64,000 nucleotides of DNA, taken from Octopus sinensis. Taxonomy: Eukaryota. The stretch lies in assembly GCF_006345805.1 (NCBI RefSeq), contig NC_043015.1, positions 40,114,001-40,178,000 of the forward strand, written 5' to 3'. Positions 48,254 to 60,593 of this stretch are shown piece by piece. A program made the translations under genes and the position numbers. The stretch's first letter is position 1. The number at the start of each line of letters is the position of its first letter. The notes under the pieces are model-generated. The model made no database searches and was not told the DNA's origin. It saw nothing but the letters and a program-made list of their open reading frames with translations.

Positions 48254-48807
48254 TAATGCAGAAGTAATTATCCAATGTGGGAACATACAGGTTGGTCATG
48301 GATGGAATACTTTTGATTGTAGATGTACTTGGTTAGAGCCTTCTCAGGGCAGGACAACCACCACCACAACAACAGGTACCACTCCTCTGTTATCTCAGTC
48401 TAGGAGGTCAACGATGGGAACAACCACCTACATGATATATAGAAACCTTAAGAATTCCTCTGACTTATCAAATGTCAGAATTTACAGACATTGTCTACCC
48501 ACGCTTATCTGGAATGAGTCATCTGTATTTATAATATATAAATTAATGAATATAAACGTATTTTACTATGCTTGCTTGATTAAATACAAGAAAATATATA
48601 TTTCACAGTGGATAACTCAAATAGATATTAATGTCATATATACACCATAGAAGTGAAAGACATGGTGATGGCGGTGGTGATGGTGACGGTGGTGGTGGTG
48701 GTGTATGACTGTGTATGTATACCACATACACACTCATATACATACATACAATACAAAACCACAGACACACACACATTAAAGTGTGTTTTTCTTTTTCTTT
48801 TTCTTTT

Positions 48808-49007
48808 CTTTTACTTGTCTCAGTCATTTGACTGTGGTCATGCTGCAGCTCTGCCTTTAGTCAAATCAAATCGACCCCAGGACTTATTCTTTTGTAAGTC
48901 TAGTACTTATACTATCAGTCTCTTTTGCCGATCCGCTAAGTTACGGGGACCTAAACACTCCAGCATCGGTTGTCAAGCGATGTTGGGGGTACAAACACAG
49001 ATGCACA

Positions 49008-49084
<77 letters not shown>

Positions 49085-49663
49085 CATATATACAACGGAC
49101 TTCTTTCAGTTTCTGTCTATCAAATCCACTCATAAGGCTTTGGTCAGCCCGAGGCTATAGTAGAAAACACTTGCCCAAGGTGCCACGCAGTGGGACTGAA
49201 CCCGGAACCATGTGGTGGGTAAGCAAGCTACTTACCGCACAGCCATTCCTGCACCTATGTATTCTCTCTCTTTCTCTTTTCTCTTTTACTTGTTTCAGTC
49301 ATTTGACTGCAGCCATGCTGGAGCACCGCCTTTAGTCAAGCAAATCGACCCCGGGACTTATTCTTTGTAAGCCCAGTACTTATTCTATCGGTCTCTTTTT
49401 GCCGAACCGCTAAGTGACAGGGACGTAAACACACCAGCATCGGTTGTCAAGCAATGCTAGGGGGACAAACACAGACACACAAACACACATACATATATAT
49501 ATATACATATATATACGACAGGCTTCTTTCAATCCACTCACAAGGCATTGGTCGGCCCGGGGCTATAGCAGAAGACACTTGCCCAAGATGCCACGCAGTG
49601 GGACTGAACCCGGAACCATGAGGTTGGTTAGCAAGCTACATACCAGACAGCCACTCCTGCGCC
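48808..49663 (-). mobile_element. two tandem SINE family B copies (48808-49255 and 49281-49663)
   Basis: Both show the full architecture on the minus strand; the second has a ~16-bp deletion. Confidence 0.9.
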
Positions 49664-49809
49664 TATATATATGTATATATATATATATATATGTATAGGG
49701 TCATTTCATCATGTTGAACCATTCATTAATCCCTACACATTTTTTCTCCCTCCATTTTTTCGTTCTCTCTTCGTTTTTTCATTCTCTCTCCATTTTTTGA
49801 CTCCCAATC

Positions 49810-49845
49810 CTTTCTGACAAAGAGCATAGGCTCGAAACATCAAAG
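49810..49845 (+). ncRNA. degenerate minimal type-I hammerhead ribozyme (Penelope-associated type), probably inactive
   Basis: CTTT-CTGACAA-A-GAGC-ATAG-GCTC-GAAAC-ATC-AAAG: stems I and II intact; two G>A changes, both at CpG sites, relative to CTGACGA..GAAACGTC. Confidence 0.6.
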
Positions 49846-49934
49846 ACTTTTCCATTCTTCCCAAGCGTTAAATAAATACACCTGTTTGTTGTTTTTTCAC
49901 CTGTCTTCATCTTTTGTTTTCTGTAAATTTGAAG

Positions 49935-49978
<44 letters not shown>

Positions 49979-50466
49979 TATATAAGGCAAAAATGCTGGA
50001 GAATTGGTATATACCATGTGGCAAAATTATGAAGTGAAAATTTGGGGTAAACATATATAAAAAAAGGGGAAGTGAAATGCCTTCATTTCACATAGTTTTA
50101 ATCTTTTTTTTTTTTTTGTGTTCCACATATTTTCACTACATGTATATATATAAATTCTTAATTATATTAGGGGAAGTAAAAAAAAAACCCCACTTAACCA
50201 CTAATCTCACTGAAAATATGTAATGGACTAACAGAAATAAGGGACAAAACGAGTGGAATTTGTCATATCTCAACTAAAAAGCTATATATAATCGGCCCCT
50301 TTGCTATTATTCCTAGGGCCCTTATAACAACAGGTATCGTTTTAGCCTTGAGGTTCCACATTTTGCTAATTTCTATTTCCAGATCTTTATATTTGCTCAG
50401 TTTTTGGTAGGTCTTGACAGATACCTTTATATCGATTGGGACAGTCGTATCAATGTGGAGGCATGA

Positions 50467-50509
<43 letters not shown>

Positions 50510-50511
50510 AT

Positions 50512-50745
50512 GCAGTGAGCTGGCAGAATCTTTATGGCATGCTGGAGGAAATGTTTATCGGTATTTCTTCTGGTTTATCGGTATTTTGGGTTTAAATTCC
50601 AAAGAGACTGACTTTACTTTTTATCCTCTCAGGGTCATTAAATCAAATATCACTTCAGCCCTGGGGTTAATGCAACGAATTGTCCCATACCTATCAATTT
50701 CAGGTTTTGTACCTATAAGAGATATTATTATTATTATTATTATTA
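50512..50745 (+). mobile_element. SINE family A, diverged, flanked by (ATT)n
   Basis: GCAGTGAGCTGGCAGAATC..TTTAAATTCC..AATTTCAGGTTTTGTACC. Confidence 0.7.
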
Positions 50746-51017
50746 TTGTTGTTGTTGTTTTCATGATCGCCATCTTGGCATTCATATTATATCTACTTCT
50801 GTCTAGTTTTCTTTAAACTCAGCGAAGCAATATTATTTTTATTGAATACAAAACCAAATGACCCAGTCTTCAACAATGACATCTAAGACATATAATCTAC
50901 AATATATAAATATATGGGTGGTGACGTATTGAATGTATGAAATATTAAAAAGCTAACAGAGTATAAAAACATACAGTGTGACTGTAAATACTCTCCTCAA
51001 TTTCAAAGTAAGGTAAA

Positions 51018-51606
51018 AGCAGTGAGCTGGCAGAATCATTAGCACGCCAGGCGAAATGCTTAGCGGTATTTTGTCTGCCATTACGTTCTGAGTTCAAATT
51101 CTGCCGAGGTCGACTTTGCCTTTTATCCTTTCGGGGTCAATAAATTAAGTACCAGTTACGCACTGGGGTCGATATAATCGACTTAATCCGTTTGTCTGTC
51201 CTTGTTTGTCCTCTCTGTGTTTAGCTCCTTGTGGGTAGTAAAGAAATAGGTATTTTGTCTGCCGCTATGTTCTGAGTTCAAATTCAGCCAAGGTCAACTT
51301 TTCCTTTCGTCCTTTCGGGGTCAATAAATTAAGTACCAGTTATGCACTGGGGTTGATGTAATCGACTTAATCCGTTTTGTCTGTCCTTGCTTGTCCCTTC
51401 TGTGTTTAGCCCCTTGTGGGTAGTAAAGAAACAGGTATTTCGTCTGCCGCTATGTTCTGAGTTCAAATTCCATCGAGATCAACTTTGCTTTTCATCATTT
51501 TGTGGTTGATAAATTAAGTACCAGTTGAGTACTGGGGTTGATTTAATTGACTTGCCTTTTCCCTCAAAATTTCAGGCCCAGTGCCTATAGTAGGAGAGAT
51601 TATTAT
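51018..51606 (+). mobile_element. SINE family A trimer (junctions 51250/51251 and 51435/51436)
   Basis: Head + core + tail A | core + tail A | core + tail B; 185-bp middle unit. Confidence 0.9.
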
Positions 51607-51611
51607 CTTAT

Positions 51612-51775
51612 GGTTGTGAGCTGGCAGAGTTGTTAGCGTAGTGGATAAAATGCATAGTAGTATTTATTCTGTCTTTACATTCTGAGTTCAAATTCCACCA
51701 AGGTCGACTTTGCCTTTCATCTTTTTGGGGTTGATGAAATAAGTACAAGTCAAGTACAGGGATCAGTGAAATAAG
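51612..51775 (+). mobile_element. SINE family A directly downstream of the trimer
   Basis: GTGAGCTGGCAGAGTTGTTAGCG..GAGTTCAAATTCC. Confidence 0.8.
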
Positions 51776-51892
51776 TGCCAGTTTTCATTTTTTTTTTTCT
51801 GGGAAAGCAAGGGAGCTAATTCCACATATCTCAAACAAATGCATCATGAATATTCTGATCAGAAAAGTGAAATAATATAACCACAAGGTATT

Positions 51893-51927
<35 letters not shown>

Positions 51928-52257
51928 TTTCTTATCCCACATTTTACTCTGTTACATTTAGAAAAACTCAGAGTATCAAACATGCTGACAGCCATTTTAA
52001 TACGTAATGAAATATCTTGTTATCCCATCATGCTTAGCGTTAAACTCTAGTTCCTGTATTTTGGTAACCATCTATTATCGGTATGCGTTGGATGGAATTA
52101 TTCTTTAGCTCCAGGACCACACTGATCTACCAGGCCAATGAGGAAAGGCTTTCCAGCCATGACCATCAGTCCTTTTTCAAGAGTATACAAATGGCCTGTA
52201 TTATCAAATGTATCCTTCACTTTTACAAAATAGTAAGATACGTAAAAAAGCACCATC

Positions 52258-52545
52258 TTAACGTGGCCGATGCCAGCACTGCCTCGACTGGCTTCTGTGC
52301 TGGTGGCACGTAAAAAGCACCAATTGATCATGGCCGCTGCCAGCCTCCCCTGGCACCTGTACCACTGGCACGTAAAAAGTACCCACTACACTCACGGAGT
52401 GGTTGGCGTTAGGAAGGGCATCCAGCTGTAGAAACACTGCCAGATCAGACTGGAGCCTGGTGCAGCCTTCTGGCTTCCCAGACCTCGGTTGAACCGTCCA
52501 ACCCATGCTAGCATGGAAAACGGACGTTAAACGATGATGATGATT
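52258..52545 (+). mobile_element. V-domain-like SINE
   Basis: Ends GGACGTTAAACGATGATGATG. Confidence 0.85.
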
Positions 52546-54103
52546 TTAAGAAGATTTGGTTTCTATTTCTAGCAAGTCAAACAAGCACTTAGAGACTCCC
52601 CTGGAAGATTGTAGTAGTGACGGTGGTGTGTAGTTCTTATTTTGCAGATGCATGATCAAAGACATTCCAACTGACATCATTCGCCCGTTTTTGAATAATT
52701 AGATTTCTATCATCTTAGGTGTACAAACTTATTTTTAAGGCATTGGGGTATTGAGATGTGATATGAAAGAGATTGGCTGCTATTTTTAACAGATCAAATA
52801 ACTAGGATTTTATCTTTAAATGTGATAAGCTATGAATAAACCCTAACCCAGAGGGAATGAAAAAATTCCTGAGTAGGTAGACTGAAATTCTTTCAAAAGG
52901 TCCATCAATTTTATTCAAAACTGACTTCATCTTCATCTTCTTCTTCTTTGTCATCTTCTTCTTTTTCTTCTTTTTCTTCTTTTTCTTCTTCTCCTCTTTC
53001 TTTTTCTCCTTCTCCTTTTTTTTCTTCTTCTCCTCTCTTTCCCCTCCTCCTTCTTGAGGTAAAGAGGACTCTCACAGAAGTTCTATTTAATTTCTTTCTA
53101 ATGCCTCTTTTTTAAAAATTATTCTAAATGGATCTCCACCAGTTTCAATGATTTCCATCAATTCAATCATTGAATGAGCATATAAATGGCTGAGTATTCC
53201 AGATACACTTCTTAATGTAACCTTCAAGCAGAATCAGTATGATACTTGGCTCTTTGTTTTATGGAAACAATCCACTAAACAGGCTTCCACACAGTTTCCA
53301 TCACAAAATTTGAGTTGATCTGTGTCTGTCATAAAAGACACCCAAGATGCCATACTGGGGGATTGAACCCAGGAACTCTTAGAGCAAACATCTAAACTAC
53401 TTAACCATACCTACATCTTTCAAATAAAGCTATTTCAAAGTTTTTTTTCATCTCATGTGGCCCTTTTCTGGCTCTTTTTTTCGTTGTTTTACATTTAACA
53501 AATTCGTCTTGTCTCAAATGTGAGCAATTCTTTCCTTAAACACTTTTTGGTACCTAAAGGGACAGAGGTCTGGGAAAGAACCTGGACACCCAGAACTCAA
53601 ATCTTGTATTGGCATGTAGCTGGAGTCAGCATGTTAACCCTTTCAAGGGAGCCAATTGTTGATAGCCCGATGTAACCATAGCAATTACATCTACAACCAT
53701 CCCTACACACTGTCATGATCTCTCTACAAAACCAGCCTTGTGACACAGCTACCCACAGACGCCTAGATACCATTCTCTCTCCTTCTTTGAACAGAACAAC
53801 AGAGACCCACACCTAAAACACAACCACTGCATTGAATAACCTCGTTGCCATGGTACCGTGCTGACCTCATTTATTCCTCCAGAGATCAAGACCACATAAA
53901 GCATATATCGTTTAGTGTGTGTATTAAACCGACTGCTTTCTGGCTTTCTTCTTTTTGACAATTCATAACTGAGTGGGTGTCAGAAGTGGGACATGGCTGA
54001 TCGCTGATGTGGTTGGTTGGTTGGTATTTTCGACAAATATTTCACTTGTAGCTGAATTTTTCTCTCTTAACCTATTTGTATTCATATTTCCCCATCGAAT
54101 TCA

Positions 54104-54644
54104 AAGCTTATTCTGTTGTGTCTGGGGAGAGTCATGTTCTTTTTGTGCCTTATAATTTAACACACTCACTGATAAAATTTTCACTTTTTCTTATTTTTAT
54201 TGTCCTAAAATTTCCACTTTTTTCTTATTTTTATTGTCCTAAAATTTCCACTTTTTTCTTATTTATATTGTCCTAGAATTTCCCCTTTTTCTTATTTTTA
54301 TTGTCCTAAATTTCCACTTTTTTTCTTTTTTGTTCTAAAATTTCCCCATTTTTCTTATTTTCATTGTCCTAAAATTTCCACTTTTTTCTTATTTTTATTG
54401 TCCTAAAATTTCCACTTTTTTTCTTATTTTTATTGTCCTAAAATTTCCACTTATTTCTTATTTTTATTGTCCTAAAATTTTCGTTGCATCTTGCAACCTT
54501 TTCAATAGTTTTGACTATTGCAAGATGCAACGAAAATTTTAGGAAAATAAAAATAAGAAAAACGTGAAAATTTTACCGGTGAGTGTGTTACATAATAAGG
54601 TACAAAAAGAAAATGACTCTCCCCAGACACAATAGAATATGCTT
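54104..54644. mobile_element. foldback-type palindromic element with nine 34-bp tandem units in the left arm only
   Basis: About 110 nt of the outer arms differ at about 10 positions (hand count); inner arms TCGTTGCATCTTGCAA / TTGCAAGATGCAACGA are perfect; unit CCACTTTTTTCTTATTTTTATTGTCCTAAAATTT. Confidence 0.85.
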
Positions 54645-55527
54645 CAACACACAAACTCATATAAAGAATCTTGCAAACCAAATCCAAACTTATTGTTTTC
54701 AATTAATCATGCATTATCTGATAGCTTTGAGAGTTCAGTGACGTTATTGTTTATTTGTAGAGAGATATTGTAGGGTAGGTGTGAGAGGCAGGATCTGGCT
54801 AGTTTGGACATAAAACAAAAAACAATATTTTGGTTGAGTGTGGCAAGTTTAATAGCTAAAGTATTTTTATTTTTATTATTTTATTCTTTTTTTGTGGTAG
54901 TGACACATTTACGTAATCAGAATTTTGCATGTAAAAATAACCAACCCAACTCAGTGGGGTGGTCATATTGACACTTCTTGATGCTATATGACTAACCCTG
55001 CTTTGAGTAGCCTATCTACAGCTCAGTTAGTAAGTGAGTTTTACAGAACAACATGTAGGACCTGCTTCTGAAGGGCTTTGTTTGTTATTATTAGGGACCC
55101 AAATCAGTCTTGACTTTGCAGACCTCTGTTTAAGGATATTTCACATGTGACTATCAGGTGTCTTCGCCAGATACAATCTTCACATAGTTGCTTGACCAGC
55201 TAGAACTAACAGCCAAAGTCATCTTAAATTACACCTTCCCGTGTTTTAAAAAAAATAGTACTGATTGTGGTAATGATGGTGATGGTGATGGTGATGATGG
55301 CCTTGGTGAGAACGATGGAGATGCTGGCTTCCCAACAGCATAATTAGGAGATGGCATCCAAGACAAGAGTTTAAAGTTTCAATTTCTGAACAGCCTCGTT
55401 GTTATTCCATGTTGACATGGGTTGAACATGTCTGTTGTACAGTATATTGTTCCTTTAAGATCCAACTTCTCCAGATCTTACCTACATGTGTGTTGGCTTT
55501 AAATTTGTGTGTTTAAGTGTCTTCTGT

Positions 55528-55823
55528 GGAGGCACATGGCCTAGTGGTTAGAGCAGTTGAGGGATCATGGGTTCGAATCTCAGACCGGGCAATGTGTGTG
55601 TTTATAAGCGAAACACCTAAAGCTCCACGCGGCTCCGGCAGAAGGTAACGGCAAACTTCTGCTGACTCTTTTGCCACAACTTTCTCTCCTTTTATCCTCC
55701 TGCATCTAGCAGCTCACCTGTGACAGACTGGCGTCCTATCCAGGTGGGGAACCTATAGGCCAATGAAACCGGAAAACTGGCCTTCATGAACCGGGTATGG
55801 CTCGAGAAGGAACAAACAACAAC
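55528..55823 (+). mobile_element. SINE family E, tail Y, ~9-bp TSD GTGTCTTCT
   Basis: GGAGGCACATGGCCTAGTGGTTAGAGC head; GGTTCGAATCTC B-box. Confidence 0.8.
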
Positions 55824-56063
55824 ACCCGGTGTCTTCTAAGATGTAACCAAAAGGGTTTGGGGGACAGGAAGAGTTTCTTGCCATAGTAAGTGTGTGTGTG
55901 TGTGTGGCATTGGGCTCAGTAATTTTATGACAAAAAAGTGTTTTGCAAAAACTTTAGTTAGGTGGAGGGTGGGGTAACATTTTCTGTTTGATTCTCCCAA
56001 ATGCTTTTGTGCTCTAATGGCATTTGATACTGACTGACGTTTACTTAAAATTTGTTGTTTCAG

Positions 56064-56159
56064 CAATCTCTCCGGATAAAGAGCCAAGTTATCCAATCAT
56101 GTATGGTGCTACAACACCCCCTAGTGTGCAGGTACCAATTGGTTTTGAACAGCTTTCAG
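56064..56159 (+). CDS. candidate internal coding exon (96 nt, phase 1-1) of an unidentified host gene: (A)ISPDKEPSYPIMYGATTPPSVQVPIGFEQLS(G)
   Basis: Branch-like CTGAC, acceptor TTTGTTGTTTCAG|, consensus donor CAG|GTAAGT, length divisible by 3, unique sequence, AT-rich third codon positions in this frame. The phase-0 frame is also open. No homology search possible. Confidence 0.6.
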
Positions 56160-56786
56160 GTAAGTACTATATTGTCTGATGAAAATTGGGTTCCTGCCTA
56201 TAAAATCTGATTGAAATATTCTCTCTCTCTCCCTCTCTTCATCCATCTGTCTATCTATTTCTCTATTCATCCATTTGTCCTTTTGTCTTTCTATCCATCT
56301 ATCTATCTATCCAACCATCCATCCATCCATCCATCTATCTATCTATCCATCCATTCATCCAGCTATTTATCCTTCCCTCCATCTATCTACCCATCTGTCC
56401 ATCCGTCAACCTCTCTGCCAATTTATCCATCCATCCATCCATCCATCCAATGAAACAACGGCCCCAATTCATTATTGCCATTTTCCCTTCCCACATCATA
56501 CAAATTTATCCAAGCAAACAAATACCAATGTGTAATGTTTACCAATTTCACAATCCACTGCCTTCTCCACAGTTATTTCCTCAATTTCTACATTTTTACC
56601 CAAAAGTTACAAAGTGAATGTTGTTCAGGTCAGTGGTTGAGTATTTGTAGGTCAAAGGTCAATGCTCCAAATAATTAACATAAGTAAAATACAAAGACTT
56701 ATAACTACAAAATGAAAACAAGATTCAGTTCTTTTTTTTTTTAATTCCATCAACCAAGAACAAAAGAATATGGTAATTTTAAGACC

Positions 56787-57115
56787 CATTTTGGTCATGA
56801 AGGACCATGGGATTGCACCTAGGAAGCTCTTCTTTGAGGCATAAGTCCAGGCTAGGTTGTTTATGAAAGACCAGCAGTCACCCATGCATACCAACCTCCC
56901 ATCTCCATGTTACGGATGTTATCCAAGGGAAAGGCAAAGGGGCCAATACAGCTTGGCACCAGTGATACCAAAACTCATTTCTACAGCGGAGTGAACTGGA
57001 GCAACATGAAATAAAGTGTCTTGTTCAAGAACACAAAACAACAGCCCAGTCTGGGAATCGAACTCACTACCTCATGATTGTAAGCCCAATGTTCTAACCA
57101 CTGGGCCATGTGCCT
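56787..57115 (-). mobile_element. CORE-type SINE family C
   Basis: Reverse complement aligns to 45074-45412. Confidence 0.8.
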
Positions 57116-57329
57116 TTACTGTAGAGATATATTTCTAACATTTTGAACAAGCGCCGACTTACTCACGAGGGACCCCTACATCACTTCTGAGTTTACAGAA
57201 ATAGCAGCCCTTAGACACACATACATACCCTTACACATACATACATGCATATACACCCCAAAACACGCTTATACAGACATACACACGCACATACACATTC
57301 ACACACATACACATTAACACACATACATA

Positions 57330-57699
57330 CCTATTTCTTTATTACCCACAAGGGGCTAAACATAGAGGGGACAAACAAGGACAGACATAGGCATTAAGTC
57401 GATTACATCGACCCCAGTGCATAACTGGTACTTAATTTATCGACCCCGAAAGGATGAAAGGCAAAGTTGACTTCGGCGGAATTTGAACTCAGAATGTAAC
57501 AGCAGACGAAATACCGCGTAAAATTTCGCCTGATATACTAACATTTCTGCCAGCACGCTGCCTTATAGAGTGCTCAATGTTTTACCAGCTCACTGCCTCT
57601 GATATGACCTCGGCGGAATTTGAACTCTGAACGCAGCGGCGGGCGAAATACGACTACGCATTTCACCCGGCGTGCTAAGGATTCTGCCACCTCGCCACC
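57330..57699 (-). mobile_element. SINE family A full copy with tail A (57330-57562) plus a head-only copy (57606-57699)
   Basis: Both align to the copy at 16197. Confidence 0.85.
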
Positions 57700-58294
57700 T
57701 TTCACACACATACATACCCTCACACTTATAGACATGCATATATACACCCACACCCACACACCATATACACACACATACTCATGCACACATAGATACACAT
57801 ATCCTCACACATACAGACATGCATATACGCCTATACGCATACCATATACACACACAAACATACACACATACTCACATACACATAGACACACAGACAAATC
57901 CTCACATATAGACATGCACTCACACACACACATGGCCATCAGGTCACATGACCTACTTGAAGGTATTTAAAGCAATTTGATTCAGGTGACTTCACTTAGG
58001 AATGCATTGAAAGGAGTAAATCTTAACTAAACAAACACCCACATATACACACACCTACATATACACTCATATATACACACCCACATGCATATACACACTC
58101 CCATACATGCACACATACATTTACATACCCACATACACACACATACATTCATACATACACACACACACATATATACATCTACACATCCACATATGCTTAC
58201 ATATTATACATACATTCACACATATACACCCATTACATTCTACACCCTTCTAATATAAAGGTTTCATTGAACACTTGTCTGTTTCTGACATTAC

Positions 58295-58510
<216 letters not shown>

Positions 58511-58622
58511 AATATTTTACATATTTATGTATGTCTTATCTCCCCTCTCTCCCTCCCTCCCTTTTTCTGCCTCTCTCTCTCTCTCTTCCTTTCACTTTCT
58601 CTCTCTTTGACACAAACACACA

Positions 58623-58666
<44 letters not shown>

Positions 58667-59394
58667 TTGATGTCTATGTCAGCACAGATTTTTCGCTCCG
58701 TCGAAGACCAGAGAGAGAGAGAAAGAGGAGGAAGAAAGGAGAGGCTGGAGAGGGGGGGAGGAGGGAGGGAGGGATGGAGGCGGCACCATTCCAAACCCCG
58801 ATAATGTCTTAGCTGTAATTAATCTGTCATATTTAATATCCAGTGTTACATATAGCTGTGATTAAATTGTCACATCAGTCATTAGTCATCAGTCACTTCT
58901 CTAACTCAGTCGACTTCCCCCGCCCCGTACTTTCACGTATGCCTGGTATATGAGTCATCTGTGGTGGTGGTGGTGGTGGTGGTATGAGCTGTATGGTCCT
59001 ATGTGTGGTGTATTACAGAGGTGTATAACATGGTGTATAGTGGTGTGATGTGATGTCGTACAGCTGTGTGGTGTTGTAAAGTATTAACGCAACAAAGAAG
59101 GAAAAAAGACATTAATTCAATCACCATAATCATTTCGTTCAGAAAGGGAAACAACTCTAAATATGTTTCAGCCTTATTATGATCTCCTCAGCAAAATACA
59201 AACTTCAACATATCATCCTCTCATCAATGTTTTCACAAATATACTAACGTCTGATCATTAGTGTTTCACTGCAATTAGCTCAAATCCTCAATCCCCCCCT
59301 CCACTCACCACCCTCCCATTGCAGATTTCATAATTAGTTATGGTCACATGACCTAACTTTTTTCATCATCATCATTGACCCTGTCTTGCACCAA

Positions 59395-59600
59395 AGAACT
59401 CGTAGGGCTGGTTACCAGGTTTCCGTAGTGTAAAAGTGACTGAGATCACAACATTCCCCCTGGATGGGACACCAGTACCCCGCAGGGTTATTTCTTACAC
59501 AGCTGAGTGGACTGGAGCAAGGTGAAATGAAGTGTCTTGCTCAAGAACACAATGCATCACCTAGTTCAGGAGTTGAAACCATAATCTCGCAACCAAGTGA
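59395..59600 (-). mobile_element. CORE-type SINE, partial
   Basis: CAGCTGAGTGGACTGGAGCAAGGTGAAATGAAGTGTCTTGCTCAAGAACACAA. Confidence 0.7.
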
Positions 59601-59628
59601 TCATGTGATCAAAGCATTCTTGCACATA

Positions 59629-60049
59629 GGCGTAGGAGTGGCTGTGTGCGAAGTAGCTTGCTTACCAACCACATGGTTCGGGGTTCAGTCCCACTGCGTG
59701 GCACCTTGGACATGTGTCTTCTATTATAGCCTCGGGCCGACCAAAGCCTTGTGAGTGGATTTGGTAGACGGAAACTGAAAGAAACCCGTCGTATATATGT
59801 ATATATATATATATATATGTATATGTGTGTATATGTTTGTGTGTCTGTGTTTGTACCCCCAACATCGCTTGACAACCGATGCTGGTGTGTTTATGTCCCC
59901 GTAACTTAGCGGTTCAGCAAAAGAGATCCGATAGAATAAGTACTAGGCTTACAAAGCATAAGTCCTGGGGTCGATTTGCTCGACTAAAGGTGGTGCTCCA
60001 GCATGGCCACAGTTACATGACTGAAACAAATAAAAAAGATTAAAAGAGT
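59629..60049 (+). mobile_element. SINE family B, full length
   Basis: Head, CORE-like segment, microsatellite and tail. Confidence 0.9.
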
Positions 60050-60469
60050 ATGTGCAAAAGACAGGATGGTCACGGTTGCATTGTCTATGATCTGCTGGAC
60101 CATTACCGACCCAGGGCTAAACAACAACAGCAGCTGCAAAAACTGGATAATTAACCATTATGTGACGACCACAACTGTTTGGAATCGAATCGAATCCAAT
60201 TTGTGAGCCTGTCCAGGTGAGTGGACATTATCGTCTAATCCCAGGTGAGTCCTGCTCCAGTGACAGACTTATGATCAATCGTATAACAAGTATAGAGGTG
60301 TCATATGGTGGTGGCGGTGGTGGTGGAGGCGTGGATGGAGGTTGTACAGGTGTTATAATTGAGGTGAGAGACATGTTATGTGGAGGTGGGGCAGGGGGGT
60401 GTTGTTACATTTCCAACATCGTTAATAATCAAATAGACATCAAGTGATCATCGTTTCATCTTTCGCTTT

Positions 60470-60559
60470 CTGTCTATGCCTTTCTCTCTCTTTCTTTCTC
60501 TCACCTTTCTTTCTCTCTCTCTCTCTTCCTTTCTCTCTCTCTCTCCTTTTCTCTCTCTT

Positions 60560-60593
<34 letters not shown>

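Noticed and set aside
59160-59200. Minus-strand CTGAGGA..GAAACATA hammerhead-like motif (and GAAACGTC at about 6521)
   Set aside because: Stem II and stem I do not pair; the 6521 site has no CTGANGA.
60211-60250. Two consensus donors CAG|GTGAGT
   Set aside because: The upstream candidate exon has stops in all frames, and the second site lies in a decayed copy of repeat family F (..CCCAGGTCAG..TATGATCAA).
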